From Thermoanaerobaculia bacterium (GTDB taxonomy: Bacteria; Acidobacteriota; Thermoanaerobaculia; Multivoradales; Multivoraceae), in contig OY761158.1 in the NCBI GenBank assembly GCA_963664405.1, positions 256,001-320,000 on the forward strand: a stretch of 64,000 nucleotides of DNA, given 5' to 3'. Shown one piece after another: positions 9,362 to 19,372 of this stretch. The position numbers and the translations under genes were made by a program. Position 1 is the first letter of the stretch. Each line of letters opens with the position of its first letter. The notes beneath the pieces were generated by a model, which was not told the origin of the DNA, ran no database searches, and worked only from the letters and a program-made list of their open reading frames with translations.

Positions 9362-10196
9362 GGGCTTTCCTGGGAGAGCGCTGGGAGGTAGGTGGCGAGA
9401 AGACCTCGAGGTAGAGCTTCTGATCGATGTTGGGTAGCTCTTCTTTGGCGGCCATGGCGAGGAGCTCGTTGGCCATGTGTGCGAGTACTCTGAGGTTTCC
9501 GGCGGCGTGCTCGGCGAGAGTGGTGATGACCTCGTGGTCGAGGAGACTGGGGTTTCCGGCTTGTGTCAGGGAGTGCTGGAGCCATTCGGCCAACGTCTCT
9601 GGGGGCAGGTAGTCGAGGAGGAGGCGTACGCGGATGCGGCTGGCGACGGGTAGGAAATCGTCTCGTCGGAAGAGCTGTGTGAGTCGGGAGTCGCCGCACA
9701 GGACGACGGTGAGGATGGAGCGTGAGTCGAAGTCCGCAGAGGCGAGGATGCGCAGTTCGGCCAGCACGTTGGCGGCGAGCTCCTGGGCTTCGTCGATCAA
9801 GAGTACGGGTCTTTGATGGGTGGCATCGACATGGGAGAGCCAGGTCTGTCGGAGGGCTTTGAATCCGGCCCATCGGTTGTGTGGATTGAGCGGGACCCCG
9901 AAGAGCTGTCCGAGCTCACGGTAAAAGTCGGCGAGACTGCTCTGTGGCCGCGTGAGGACTCCGGTGCGCACGTCGGGCAGGTGTTGAAGGTGGTGAGCGA
10001 GGGTGCGTAGAGCGACCGACTTGCCGGTGCCGGGATCACCGGAGATCAATGCGAAGCCACCGTCGTGGACGAGGGTCTCCAGGCGCCAGCAGAAGTGGTC
10101 GAGATGCGGGTGTCGCCACAGCGCTTCGACGGGGATGTTGGGGGTAAAGGGGTTCCACTTAAGTCCGAAGAGTGCCAGTAGTTTCTGGTTGTTCAC
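9354..10196 (-). CDS. ExeA-like AAA+ ATPase (TnsC/IstB/MuB-like transposition helper)
   Basis: FGLKWNPF N-terminus, Walker A GDPGTGKS, Walker B LLIDEAQ; GTG start overlaps the transposase TGA. Confidence 0.88.
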   Translation of the reverse strand: MNNQKLLALFGLKWNPFTPNIPVEALWRHPHLDHFCWRLETLVHDGGFALISGDPGTGKSVALRTLAHHLQHLPDVRTGVLTRPQSSLADFYRELGQLFGVPLNPHNRWAGFKALRQTWLSHVDATHQRPVLLIDEAQELAANVLAELRILASADFDSRSILTVVLCGDSRLTQLFRRDDFLPVASRIRVRLLLDYLPPETLAEWLQHSLTQAGNPSLLDHEVITTLAEHAAGNLRVLAHMANELLAMAAKEELPNIDQKLYLEVFSPPTSQRSPRKARA

Positions 10197-11617
10197 GGTG
10201 TCTCCTTTTTGAGGTAGGCGGGCGGGAGCCCGGTGGCGGCGTACTCCGCCATGTGTTTGCGGAGTAGGGGTGCGATGCCAGGCTCCGGGCCTGTCGGCTC
10301 GTCGGTGCTCTGGGGTTGGATCGGGCGGCGGATGCCGGAAGCGTTTCTTGCCTTGTCGAGGGGATAGAGGCGCTCGAGTGGGACGTCGGAGCTTTCGTCG
10401 ACCATGAAGACGGAGCTTTTCTCCCAGCTCTGGTATCGCACCGAGATCCGGTTGAGATGATGGAAACGAGAGGGGATCTCGAAACGGGTGCCGTCGAGGC
10501 TGATGGTGCCGTCGCTTTGGCGCTGGGTGCGCTTTCGAGCGGCGGTGAAGGCGAAGCGCAGCTCGTCCAGGCTGGGGCAGATCCGAGAGACGGAGGGACC
10601 CTCGAGAAAGCGGTCGAGCGGCGTCTGGCCGGTCTCGGAATGGACGCTGCGGTGATACTCCATCTCCACCCAAGCCAGCGTCGCCTCATTGAGCAATGCC
10701 AGATTGAGATCCGCGTGTCCTTCGAGCATGGCGAGGAGGCGGGATTCGACTTGAGAAAAGAAGTTTTCTTGTTTCCCGTTTTGATAGGGGCTCCGGGGCA
10801 ATGTGGTGCGATGGACGACGGAGAGGCGTAGGAGCCCCTCGGTGGTCTCGTCGGCGATCATGGCGCTGCCGTTATCGGTGAGCAGTGAGCGGCACAGTCC
10901 GCGTTTGATGAAGGCTTGGATCAGAGCGTGGATCAGACACTCGGCGGTCTCGTGCAGATACCACTGCAGATGGCAGGTGAGCCGGGAGTGATCGTCGAGA
11001 ATCGCCAGCAGCATCGGTACTTCCCAGGTCCCTGCGGAGCTCGGGATCTTGCGCGAGCCGTGGTGGAAGTCGAGGTGCCAGAGCCCGTTGACGTACTCGG
11101 CTTCGTAGCTGCGCTTCTCGCGCGCAGGGGCACCGGAGGCAGTGCTGCGATCCTTTCCCTTCGTGCGTCGTTGTTTGGGCCAACCGTGCGCGATCATGAA
11201 GCGGCGCAGGGTGGAGTAGGAAGGCACCTTCCCTGGCTCCGGTCGCTCTTTTAGCACCACGTCCAGATTGTCCCAATGGAGCTGATAGCTCCACGTCGGG
11301 TGGGCCTTGTACTGCGTGTGGATCAGCTCGGCGATCCGGGTTGGGATGGCGCGCGCTTGGCCGCTGTCGCTTCTCGATCGGCGTTGTAGCGCCCCGATCG
11401 GATCGCGACCGGCCAGGGCCGTGTAGTACCAACGCTCAATCGTCGAGCGGGCAAAGTACACCGCCTTCTCCGTGATCGGATGGCGCCAGGCCTTCTGGGA
11501 GAGTCGAGACAATTCCACCTGCAGATGTCCCGGTGCGGGAGGCGCAGCCAACAGCTCACCCACCACACTGAAGCGAAACTGCGCCCAGCGTTGTTGCGTC
11601 GAGGCTCGATGGCTCAT
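10193..11617 (-). CDS. DDE (rve) transposase with Mu-type C-terminal domain
   Basis: LWHLDF, ILDDHSR, TDNGSAM and NGKQENFF DDE signature; N-terminal HTH; DGTISLDG..FEIP C-terminal domain. Confidence 0.9.
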   Translation of the reverse strand: MSHRASTQQRWAQFRFSVVGELLAAPPAPGHLQVELSRLSQKAWRHPITEKAVYFARSTIERWYYTALAGRDPIGALQRRSRSDSGQARAIPTRIAELIHTQYKAHPTWSYQLHWDNLDVVLKERPEPGKVPSYSTLRRFMIAHGWPKQRRTKGKDRSTASGAPAREKRSYEAEYVNGLWHLDFHHGSRKIPSSAGTWEVPMLLAILDDHSRLTCHLQWYLHETAECLIHALIQAFIKRGLCRSLLTDNGSAMIADETTEGLLRLSVVHRTTLPRSPYQNGKQENFFSQVESRLLAMLEGHADLNLALLNEATLAWVEMEYHRSVHSETGQTPLDRFLEGPSVSRICPSLDELRFAFTAARKRTQRQSDGTISLDGTRFEIPSRFHHLNRISVRYQSWEKSSVFMVDESSDVPLERLYPLDKARNASGIRRPIQPQSTDEPTGPEPGIAPLLRKHMAEYAATGLPPAYLKKETP

Positions 11618-11723
11618 CTCCCTCTCCTGGGCGCCGATTCCTTCAATCGGCGGCGAGAACAGAGACCTTAAGGCCCGCTTCTCGGCGAGTCGAGACGCAT
11701 CTTCTGCGGGTTTCCGGCGACCC

Positions 11724-12290
11724 TCACACAGCTAGCACAGAGGGCCCGACCAATAGGGCGCGAATCACCGCCAGCACCCTCTCGCCTGCCGGCGACAATT
11801 GACGAAAGACTAGGAGCAGAGAGCCCGGCAAGTCTTGCCGCTGGATCGGCTCGGCATGAAAGCCTTGAAAGCGAGTCATGACCGGGCTGAGACCGAAGTC
11901 CTCTCGCCACCATCTCTGCCATCGGCGCACCGTACGTGCGCTCACCTGAAACAATTCCTGTAGACGATGCAGCCGCTCTCCCTTGGCCCCTTCCCGCAGC
12001 ACTGGGACCAGAAGTACCAACACGCTGAAGTACACCTTCCGGCCCAGAAAACGAAAGGACGCAGGCGTCTGACGACGACGGCACCCCTCCACCGAGCAGC
12101 AATAGCTCAGCCGCAACGAGGTCCTTCTGCGCAGCTCCTCGGGCCCTCCGCGAGGCTTACGTGGATAGTGAGCCTGGTGCAAACGCCCACCGCATTCGCA
12201 GCCTAGGGCGCGAGTCTTCTCCGCTAGATCCTCGTCGAGTCGCAGCAGTAGATCGTAGAAACTGGCATCCTGAAGCAGGGTCTGGTACAA
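11724..12290 (-). CDS. Transposon ORF1: zinc-ribbon/HTH protein
   Basis: AAAGGAG RBS + TTG; CECGG...CCSVEGCRRR Cys cluster; VSARTVRRW HTH-like motif. Confidence 0.7.
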   Translation of the reverse strand: MYQTLLQDASFYDLLLRLDEDLAEKTRALGCECGGRLHQAHYPRKPRGGPEELRRRTSLRLSYCCSVEGCRRRQTPASFRFLGRKVYFSVLVLLVPVLREGAKGERLHRLQELFQVSARTVRRWQRWWREDFGLSPVMTRFQGFHAEPIQRQDLPGSLLLVFRQLSPAGERVLAVIRALLVGPSVLAV

Positions 12291-12662
12291 GAGGGCTGTC
12301 TCCTTTCGGCCTTTCGTTTTTAAATTCAACGAAAGAAGACACGCCCTCCGAGGGGACGTCAACCCCCGGAGGGCACCTCACTCCCCCCCCACAACAACGG
12401 CGCGCCCGGTGGCCGCGGATGATGCCGGCTCTTTTGCCCGCTTTGATCACGCTATCCGAGGGACCAGTACGCTCTTCCCTCGACTACCGTGACTAGAACA
12501 GAGGCGAATCCCATCAACTACCCTGATCACTCTCACCGGAGCAGCGCAGCAGCATCTTGATGATGCCGGTCCCTCCTCCCAGAATGAACTTGGCGACGGG
12601 GCGCGCCGCATGAAAGAGTGGCTACCGGAGGGCTTCGAGGAGTCCGAATGAGTTAGCGGACC

Positions 12663-13151
12663 ATGTCGAAAGCCGGCGACTACACACGATTGAGCGAGGG
12701 CCACTCCGTGACGGTGTCGGTTCGACGAGCGACCCCGGCGGACGAGGGGGCAGCACTCGAGCTGATGGCCCAGCTTCAGCGCTTCGCCGATAACGGACAG
12801 GATTCAGGGCAAGAGGCGACGTGGCGCGCGGGCTTTCGCCAGGTTCTCGGACAGCGCGAGCGAGCCACCGCGCTCGTGGCCACCGACGACTCGAGGCTCC
12901 TCGGTCTCATCACGATCTCCTTCAACCTCGCGATGCGCTACGGGGGCCTCTACGCTCAGATCGAGGAGCTGATCGTGCACGAGCGTGTCCGCGGCCAGCA
13001 CCTTGGAAGCCTTCTGGTGAACGCGGGGATCGAGGCCAGCCGCGAGATCGGCTGCCGCGAGATCGGTCTCTACGCCCTGGAGCGCAACCGCCCCTTCTAC
13101 GAGAAGCTCGGCTTCGAGTACGCCGGGCCGGAGCTGCGCCAGGCGCTCTAG
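12663..13151 (+). CDS. GNAT family N-acetyltransferase
   Basis: IEELIVHERVRGQHLGSLL (R/QxxGxG-like) and FYEKLGF motifs; start may be GTG at 12708. Confidence 0.85.
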   Translation: MSKAGDYTRLSEGHSVTVSVRRATPADEGAALELMAQLQRFADNGQDSGQEATWRAGFRQVLGQRERATALVATDDSRLLGLITISFNLAMRYGGLYAQIEELIVHERVRGQHLGSLLVNAGIEASREIGCREIGLYALERNRPFYEKLGFEYAGPELRQAL

Positions 13152-13383
13152 ACGCTAGCGGGCCGACGCAGCGGGGCATGGAGCCCCCCGCAGCAGCCTT
13201 CGGCTGCGTCTCCATGAGCCTCATTAGTGGATACCGCTAAGCGGCAAACCTCAAGGCATCTGTGACCTGCCAAGCGAGGACTTTGAAATATTCTGGTGGT
13301 ACTTATGGCACCCGAAGCTGCTGTAGCGATATCGTTTTCCGATATTGAAGATGCTATGACATTCCGATATCATCATCAAGGAG

Positions 13384-13638
13384 ATGACGGGCCGCCACCA
13401 ACGAACGGTCGAGGCCATCTTCGCGACACCCACGCGGGGCAATATCGCGTGGAAGGATTGCGAAGCGTTGCTCCGGGCCTTGGGCGGAAACGTGCGGGAG
13501 GGTTCCGGGTCTCGGGTGCGCGTAACCCTTTCGGGCGTGCGCGCCACCTTCCATAGACCGCACCCCCAGAAAGAAGCGCGGAAGGCGCAGGTGCGGTCGC
13601 TTCGTGACTTTCTGAGAGAGGCGGGAATCGAGCCATGA
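13384..13638 (+). CDS. hicA: HicA family toxin
   Basis: GSGSRV and FHRPHP motifs; GGAG RBS; ATGA overlap with hicB. Confidence 0.9.
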   Translation: MTGRHQRTVEAIFATPTRGNIAWKDCEALLRALGGNVREGSGSRVRVTLSGVRATFHRPHPQKEARKAQVRSLRDFLREAGIEP

Positions 13639-13967
13639 TGCGACACAAGGGATATGTGGGAAAGGTGACCGACTTCGACGACGGCTTCTTTCACGGCCGG
13701 ATCGTCAACATTCGCGACGTCGTAACCTTCGAAGGCACGACGGCCGCGGAAGTCGAGACGTCGTTTCGGGATTCGGTCGAGGATTATCTCGCCATGTGCG
13801 AGGAGGAAGGCGCCGAGCCGCTTCGGCCGTTCTCGGGGAAGTATCTCCTTCGCCTCGATCCCGATCTACATCGCCGACTGCATTTGGCCGCGCAACTGAA
13901 AGAGAAGAGCATCAACGCCCTTGTCGTCGAAGCGATCGAGTCGGAGCTCGAAAGGAGCGAGCTCTAA
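13635..13967 (+). CDS. hicB: HicB family antitoxin
   Basis: KGY.G, DVVTFEG, SVEDYL and FSGKYLLRLDPDLH (RHH) motifs. Confidence 0.9.
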   Translation: MMRHKGYVGKVTDFDDGFFHGRIVNIRDVVTFEGTTAAEVETSFRDSVEDYLAMCEEEGAEPLRPFSGKYLLRLDPDLHRRLHLAAQLKEKSINALVVEAIESELERSEL

Positions 13968-14051
13968 TAGCCGCCATCGGAGCCTACCGATTGCCGGAAC
14001 CTTTCGGGCTCGGCGCTGATGATCGGCGGCCGTGTCTACATGGTGGGCGAT

Positions 14052-14681
14052 TCAGCTGGAGCCCGAGAAGCGCCTGACGCAGCAGCCCACTTCCGAGGCA
14101 TCCTGAGGGCTCGCTCCCTCTTCGACCAATCCCCGCTCGGACACCATGTCTCTCACCTGCCTATCGATCCAGCTCGACGTCACCTCGAAGCCCCGATCGC
14201 GATATGCGGAGACCGGGAGTCCGCCCATGAAGGTCATCACCGATCGCGCTGCCGGTGTCGCCTTGGCGACGACGGCGTCGTATCCCTGTTGCTCCGCCCA
14301 TTCCAGGAAGTAGTCGAGCAGCCCGAAGCCGATGCCGCGACCGAAGTAGCTCGCGTCGCGCTCGGCGGAATCGTCGGTCTGTCCGACGTGGTAGCAGAAG
14401 ATGGCGAGCGCGTTGCGGCCCAGATCCGGCGCGCGCACGCCGAAGTCGCCCCAATAGGCGGGCTCTGCCGCTCCGGTGGGCGAGCGCAGCTCGCGGTCGT
14501 AACGACGGAACTGCAACTGCCCGACGTGCTGCGTGCCGTTGAAGGCGAGGATTGCGCTCGCGCCGAGGTCCTCGATGCGCGCGGCAACCTCGCTCGCCTC
14601 TCCTTGGCAGCCGATGGGGTAGCGACCGACGTCGCCGCCGACCATGGGCCTGAACTCGATGGTGTCGCTCGAAGTACTCAT
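14052..14681 (-). CDS. GNAT-like hypothetical protein
   Basis: YFGRGIGFGLL and YRDRGF motifs. Confidence 0.65.
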   Translation of the reverse strand: MSTSSDTIEFRPMVGGDVGRYPIGCQGEASEVAARIEDLGASAILAFNGTQHVGQLQFRRYDRELRSPTGAAEPAYWGDFGVRAPDLGRNALAIFCYHVGQTDDSAERDASYFGRGIGFGLLDYFLEWAEQQGYDAVVAKATPAARSVMTFMGGLPVSAYRDRGFEVTSSWIDRQVRDMVSERGLVEEGASPQDASEVGCCVRRFSGSS

Positions 14682-14820
14682 GCGAAGCCCTCCCGTCGCT
14701 GGTTGCCGAAAAGTGTCTCACCCAGAATCCTCCACTGCAAGCGTCTTGGGCCTTGCTTCCTATACGCTTCGGGGAACGGCGCAGGCCGATTCTGCAACCA
14801 TCAGAAGGAGATTCGTACCC

Positions 14821-15639
14821 ATGGACCTTCAGAAACTCTTTGATGTCCACGACAAGGTCGTGTGTGTGACCGGTGGGGGAAGCGGCATCGGGCGGATGAT
14901 CGCGGGTGGGTTCGTCGCCGGCGGCGCACAGGTAACCATCGCGTCGCGCAGGGATCTCTCGGGTGTGGCAGAGGAGCTGAATGAGGAGGGGCCTGGCCGC
15001 TGCACCGGTCTGAGGGCCGATCTGTCGCAGGATGAGGACATCGCGGCGCTGGCGCAGACGCTCCAGGAGCGGGAGGGCAAGCTCGATGTGCTGGTCAACA
15101 ACGCCGGACTCACCGCCATGCACGAGTTCGAAGAGTTCCCGATGGACGTCTGGCAGGACGTCCTCGCGGTGAACTTGAGAGCCCCATTCGCGCTCACCAG
15201 GGCGTGTCTGCCGCTGCTGACCGCCGCGGGCAGTGCCCGCTCACACGCGTCGGTCATCAACATCACCTCCATCGATGGGATCCGCATACCCCAGGACGAC
15301 GACTGGGCGTACGGCCTGGGCAAGGCGGCGCTGAATCACTTGACGAAGAAGATGGCCTCAGTCCTCGGAAACAGAGGCGGTCGGGAGGGGGGCCGGAACA
15401 TCACTTTCAATGCCATTGCACCGGGTCCGTTCCCCGGCATGCTCGACCAATACGGATGGCTCGCGGACGAACAGATCAGAGCATCCATCGTTGGTTATAC
15501 CGTGGTGGGTCGCATCGGGGAGCCCGAGGACATGGCGGCTGCCTGCATCTATCTGGCGAGTCGCGCGGGCGCCTTCATCACCGGTGCCGTGATCCCCGTC
15601 GACGGTGGCTTTCTCGTCGGACCGGACGCCAACGTCTGA
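14821..15639 (+). CDS. Short-chain dehydrogenase/reductase (RhlG-like)
   Basis: AAGGAG RBS; TGGGSGIG, NNAG, YGLGK and DGG motifs. Confidence 0.9.
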   Translation: MDLQKLFDVHDKVVCVTGGGSGIGRMIAGGFVAGGAQVTIASRRDLSGVAEELNEEGPGRCTGLRADLSQDEDIAALAQTLQEREGKLDVLVNNAGLTAMHEFEEFPMDVWQDVLAVNLRAPFALTRACLPLLTAAGSARSHASVINITSIDGIRIPQDDDWAYGLGKAALNHLTKKMASVLGNRGGREGGRNITFNAIAPGPFPGMLDQYGWLADEQIRASIVGYTVVGRIGEPEDMAAACIYLASRAGAFITGAVIPVDGGFLVGPDANV

Positions 15640-16350
15640 TCAAGAAGCTCTCTCCTCGAGGAAGTTCAGAATCCAACTCGACACCAGGCGCTCATCGGTC
15701 TCTTTGGCAAGCGAGGCGATGGCTCGCTCGAAGGTCTGGTCATCAAACACTTCCCTACGAAGGTGTATTAACGCCTCGGCATAGGGCCTGGTGAATTCGG
15801 GGTGGCATTGAAAGGTGAGCACTTGCTCGCCCACCACAAAGCCCGCGTTTGGGCAGAGCTTGCTACCTAGAAACAAACGAGCGTTATCGGGAAGTTCCGC
15901 AACCTGGTCCTGGTGAACCGCAACCAGATCAAGGTGGGACGCATTGGGTTGCATCCACCCCTCTCGGCTGAGAATTTGCGCGCCATGCACGCCTACTCCC
16001 CAACCGGTTCCGGCAGCCGCAACGCGTCCCCCGAAATAGTGAGCCATGAGTTGATGACCGAAACAGATGCCAACGATCTTACGTTTCGCGGCGAGCGCAG
16101 CATCGACGAATTCGACCAGCGGCTCGATCCACGGTTGGTCCTCGTACACGCTGTTTCGACTGCCGGTGATGATATAGGCATCGCAGGCCTCCGGTTCCGG
16201 ATAGATCATGAGCTGCGCATCGTAGGCACACATTTTCGGACCGGGATCTCCGCCCCTTGCCAACAGGTCGGCAAACATTTCCGGGTAGTCACCCCATTTC
16301 GGGCGTAGCTCGCCTCGTACTGAATCTGTGCACAAAACGCCTACATGCAT
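15640..16350 (-). CDS. Type 1 glutamine amidotransferase (candidate gamma-glutamyl hydrolase)
   Basis: ITGS, GICFGHQ (catalytic Cys), QCHPEF (His-Glu). Confidence 0.9.
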   Translation of the reverse strand: MHVGVLCTDSVRGELRPKWGDYPEMFADLLARGGDPGPKMCAYDAQLMIYPEPEACDAYIITGSRNSVYEDQPWIEPLVEFVDAALAAKRKIVGICFGHQLMAHYFGGRVAAAGTGWGVGVHGAQILSREGWMQPNASHLDLVAVHQDQVAELPDNARLFLGSKLCPNAGFVVGEQVLTFQCHPEFTRPYAEALIHLRREVFDDQTFERAIASLAKETDERLVSSWILNFLEERAS

Positions 16351-16377
16351 CCTTCGACCCCATTCGAGGCACGATCG

Positions 16378-16451
16378 CTAGCGGGCTCGTGGTAGTCACC
16401 ACTCCCCATCGAGCTCGTCTCTCTTGCGCGGTCATACCACGACCCCGCTAG
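16378..16451. repeat. Short CTAG-bounded palindromic element
   Basis: CTAGCGGGCTCGTGGTA / TACCACGACCCCGCTAG, 17-bp IR with one mismatch. Confidence 0.5.
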
Positions 16452-16555
16452 CTGATGTTTCCCGCCAAGCGCGCTTCGCGCGCGGCTCAGAGCGACTAGC
16501 GCCGCAAGCAAACTTGACCGAATTGTCAACTTCTCTGGCCCTAGTCGCTCTGCCT

Positions 16556-17947
16556 TCATGCCAGCTCGAGGAATCGCTCCAGGTCTCTGTTTGTCACCAT
16601 CTTTGCGAAGTGCTCCGACTGCGCGCGCCGCGTGCCCGCGTAGATCTCGACAAAGTCGTCGCCGAATAATCGTCGTGCGTCGGCCGAGGCGTGAAATCTC
16701 TCTATAGCCGCTTCGAAAGTGGCCGGAAAACGCAATGCATCCGGCACGCTCTCATTCAAATGACTGGCACGCTCGACAGGCTGGCTAGGTTCCAACTTCT
16801 GCTCGACGCCTTCGAGGCCCGCCGCAAGCAAACACGCAGCAACCAGATACGGATTAGAGTCAGACCCGGGCGCACGCAATTCAATACGCTGCGACACCTC
16901 GGAGCCTTCGATGATACGCATCCCGGTGGTGCGATTCTCGAACCCCCAGTCCGCAACCGTTGGAGCGTGTCTGCCGGGTACGAAGCGCTTAAAGGAGTTG
17001 ATATTGGGTGCCATCATGAGCAGCAGGTCGGGCAACAGGTTCTGCACGCCGCCGATAAAGAACCGCTGCAAGTCACTCATCGAGTGTTCTGTGTCGCGAT
17101 CAAAGAACACGTTTTTCCTATCTTCATCGAGCAAAGAGAAATGAACGTGCCCACTCTGACCTTCACCGTCTTCAAAGGGCTTGGCCATAAACGTCAGCGT
17201 TAAATCGTGACGTCTGGCCAATACCTTTGCATAGGTCTTGAAAAGTACCGCGTCATCCAGCGCTGTAATGCCGGTCTGATGGAGCAGAGCGATCTCGCCC
17301 AGGCCGGTCGAAAACTCCCAGTGCATGCCGGAGACACCAATGTCCAATCGCTCGCACACACTACGCATTTCCGCGAAAAACTCCGACCACACGCTTTGAT
17401 GCATGATGCCCAAGGTCGAACTAGCATCGTCGACGAGGGTCAGGTCGGTGAAATGTTTTTTCCGCAAGGAGTCCGGCGATTCGCGCAAGAGACGGTACTC
17501 ATACTCGAGGCCGTACACGGGCGTAAGACCGAGAGACCTGGCCCGATCTTCTACCACGCCATACAGTCGGCGAGGGTCCCAGCCACTCCCTTGAGTACCC
17601 TCGGCAAACTGATTGAAGAAGAACAGACTGGAATCAGCATCTTCGAACGGCAGCGTGCGGGGCCGCTCCCAGTCGATGTCACCCGCGTTATCGCCCAACC
17701 CGCCGCCGGGCTTCAGATACCCGCTGGGGAACAGGACGTCGTCGCCCAAATCGAGCGCCAACATGAAAGGTACGAAGGGCAGCCCGCTTGGATATCCAGA
17801 CAGCAGCCTCTCAGCGCTGACGGTTTTGCCGCGAAGTTGACCCTGCAAATCGACAAGCGCGACGGTTGCGTACTTCGCGCCACATTCCTCGAAACGGGCC
17901 TTGATCAGTTCGAACGCGTCAGACACTCGAATTGTCTCCCTTGTCAC
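16556..17947 (-). CDS. Glutamine synthetase-like gamma-glutamyl-amine ligase (PuuA/AtdA1-like)
   Basis: LRGK, GLEYEY, FMAKPF..GQSGHVHFS, NSFKRF, ENRT and ELRAPGSDSNPYL motifs; upstream of a GATase. Confidence 0.88.
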   Translation of the reverse strand: MTRETIRVSDAFELIKARFEECGAKYATVALVDLQGQLRGKTVSAERLLSGYPSGLPFVPFMLALDLGDDVLFPSGYLKPGGGLGDNAGDIDWERPRTLPFEDADSSLFFFNQFAEGTQGSGWDPRRLYGVVEDRARSLGLTPVYGLEYEYRLLRESPDSLRKKHFTDLTLVDDASSTLGIMHQSVWSEFFAEMRSVCERLDIGVSGMHWEFSTGLGEIALLHQTGITALDDAVLFKTYAKVLARRHDLTLTFMAKPFEDGEGQSGHVHFSLLDEDRKNVFFDRDTEHSMSDLQRFFIGGVQNLLPDLLLMMAPNINSFKRFVPGRHAPTVADWGFENRTTGMRIIEGSEVSQRIELRAPGSDSNPYLVAACLLAAGLEGVEQKLEPSQPVERASHLNESVPDALRFPATFEAAIERFHASADARRLFGDDFVEIYAGTRRAQSEHFAKMVTNRDLERFLELA

Positions 17948-17998
17948 GACTCTGAGGAGTGGTTCGTCGTGAGTCAGTCTTTCGTCGGCGTGGTCTCG

Positions 17999-19114
17999 TC
18001 AGCTGCCGCCGTTCTTCTTCGTCTCCAGCGCTTCCTTCTCGAGCAGCCGGGCCCCACGCATGATGTTGCCGAGGGCGTAGTTGCCTTCGTGACAGGCGTA
18101 CTCGTAGACCCTCTCGTCGCTGGCGCGCCAGACATACTCGCCGGTCCACGGAGCCTGCCAGAGGGTGTCGTCCTCGACTGTGAAGTTGTACAGAAGGTCG
18201 CCGTTGTCGAGTCGGCTGAAGCGCTCCACCAGGTGGGTGTTGGCGCCAACGATGTTTCCGATCAGCCCCCCGCTCGGCGCGCGGAGCTCCGTGCCCTTCG
18301 GGTTGTAGTTGGTGGTGTCGACGACTAACGTGTCACCCTCCCACCAGCCGACCGAGTCACCCAACCAGTGCTGGATTTGGGGACCGAGATGCTCACTGTT
18401 CATCCGGACGATGCGGGCGTCGTGGACCATCTCGATCACGATCATCACATAGTCGTCGGTCTGCACGATCCGCTTGAAGCTGTTGTACATACCGGGAATG
18501 GGCGGTGCCGCCCCGCTGAAGCCGAGGAGGCAACGCTCGCTGATATGAAGCTGCTCCATGTTGTCGTACGGGCCGGGTCCCTCCTCGTCGATCCACCACG
18601 CGGTGCCGTCGTTGCCGTGGGCAATGATCGGATGCCGGCCGAGCAACGCCGCCAGCGCCTTGCGCCCCTCCGGCGTCATCGGTGGGAACTGACCGTTGTT
18701 CGGATCGATGATGATCGAGGTCGGGAACTTGGCGTCGACGCTGAAGGCGTCGGTGCCGGGATCGATCCAGAAGTGGTTGTAGCCGCCGACGTTGCCCCCC
18801 GCGCCGGGAGAGCCGTCTCCGCCCTCGGGCGGTGCCAGCCGATTGGGGTCGCTCGACTGTGAGCTCTTCTCGACGTTGCGCCGCTCCTCCTCGGCCAGCT
18901 TGTCGGCCTCCTCTCTGGTGAGATACAGAGTGTCGCCGAATTGGTCCGGCCTCACGAGGGGCGTGAGCGTCGCGCCGTCGTAGGTGCCGGAGAGGTCCGG
19001 TCGGCCCGACGCGGTCCGACGGAGTCCTTCCTCAGCCGCCACCGCCGCGGTGCACACCAGCGCCAGGCCGGTTGTGAGAATGGCCGTGATCGGAACCCGG
19101 TGAAACTGTTGCAT
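17999..19114 (-). CDS. Conserved secreted hypothetical protein
   Basis: Signal peptide; GRPDLSG, ERCL, GDSVGWWEGDTLVVDT and EYACHEGN motifs of a widespread uncharacterised family. Confidence 0.8.
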   Translation of the reverse strand: MQQFHRVPITAILTTGLALVCTAAVAAEEGLRRTASGRPDLSGTYDGATLTPLVRPDQFGDTLYLTREEADKLAEEERRNVEKSSQSSDPNRLAPPEGGDGSPGAGGNVGGYNHFWIDPGTDAFSVDAKFPTSIIIDPNNGQFPPMTPEGRKALAALLGRHPIIAHGNDGTAWWIDEEGPGPYDNMEQLHISERCLLGFSGAAPPIPGMYNSFKRIVQTDDYVMIVIEMVHDARIVRMNSEHLGPQIQHWLGDSVGWWEGDTLVVDTTNYNPKGTELRAPSGGLIGNIVGANTHLVERFSRLDNGDLLYNFTVEDDTLWQAPWTGEYVWRASDERVYEYACHEGNYALGNIMRGARLLEKEALETKKNGGS

Positions 19115-19168
19115 GACGATCCTCTCTCGCCGAAGGAGTGGCCGCGGTCCGCCGCGTAGGGCTCGACG

Positions 19169-19372
19169 ATGTCGTGGGTGAGGAGGAATGATAGCAGCGG
19201 GTACGAGGCTGTCGTGTTGATAGAGTCAGTAAAGATCCTCGAAGCCTACCTGACGCGCCGCGCCGAATCGCTGGTTCTATCGCGAGCAAGGCAGCATCAG
19301 CGACGGCTGCTGGAGAATTGGACCCTGGCCAGACAGCACGAGCCTCTCATTCTGATCGAGCCTCTGGATTGA
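19169..19372 (+). pseudogene. C-terminal remnant of a DUF4160 family protein
   Basis: ILEAYLTRRAESLVL..ARQHQ..LLENW.LAR..EPL..IEPL matches the DUF4160 C-terminus; the N-terminal HxPPHxH motif is missing. Confidence 0.55.

Larger units (their letters stand above)
8981..12535 (-). mobile_element. Four-ORF Mu/Tn552/IS21-like transposon (DDE transposase + ExeA-like AAA ATPase)
   Basis: TG...CA ends; IRs TGAGAGTGATCACGGTAATCGATGG and CCATCAACTACCCTGATCACTCTCA; CCGGA direct repeat at 8976-8980 and 12536-12540. Confidence 0.88.

Noticed and set aside
13158-13240. Possible further palindromic element downstream of the GNAT gene
   Set aside because: Nested short hairpins are present, but the terminal IR is weak and no second copy was found
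16556-17947. Housekeeping glnA
   Set aside because: Lacks the GSI FDGSS and adenylylation-loop features; paired with a GATase like amine ligases
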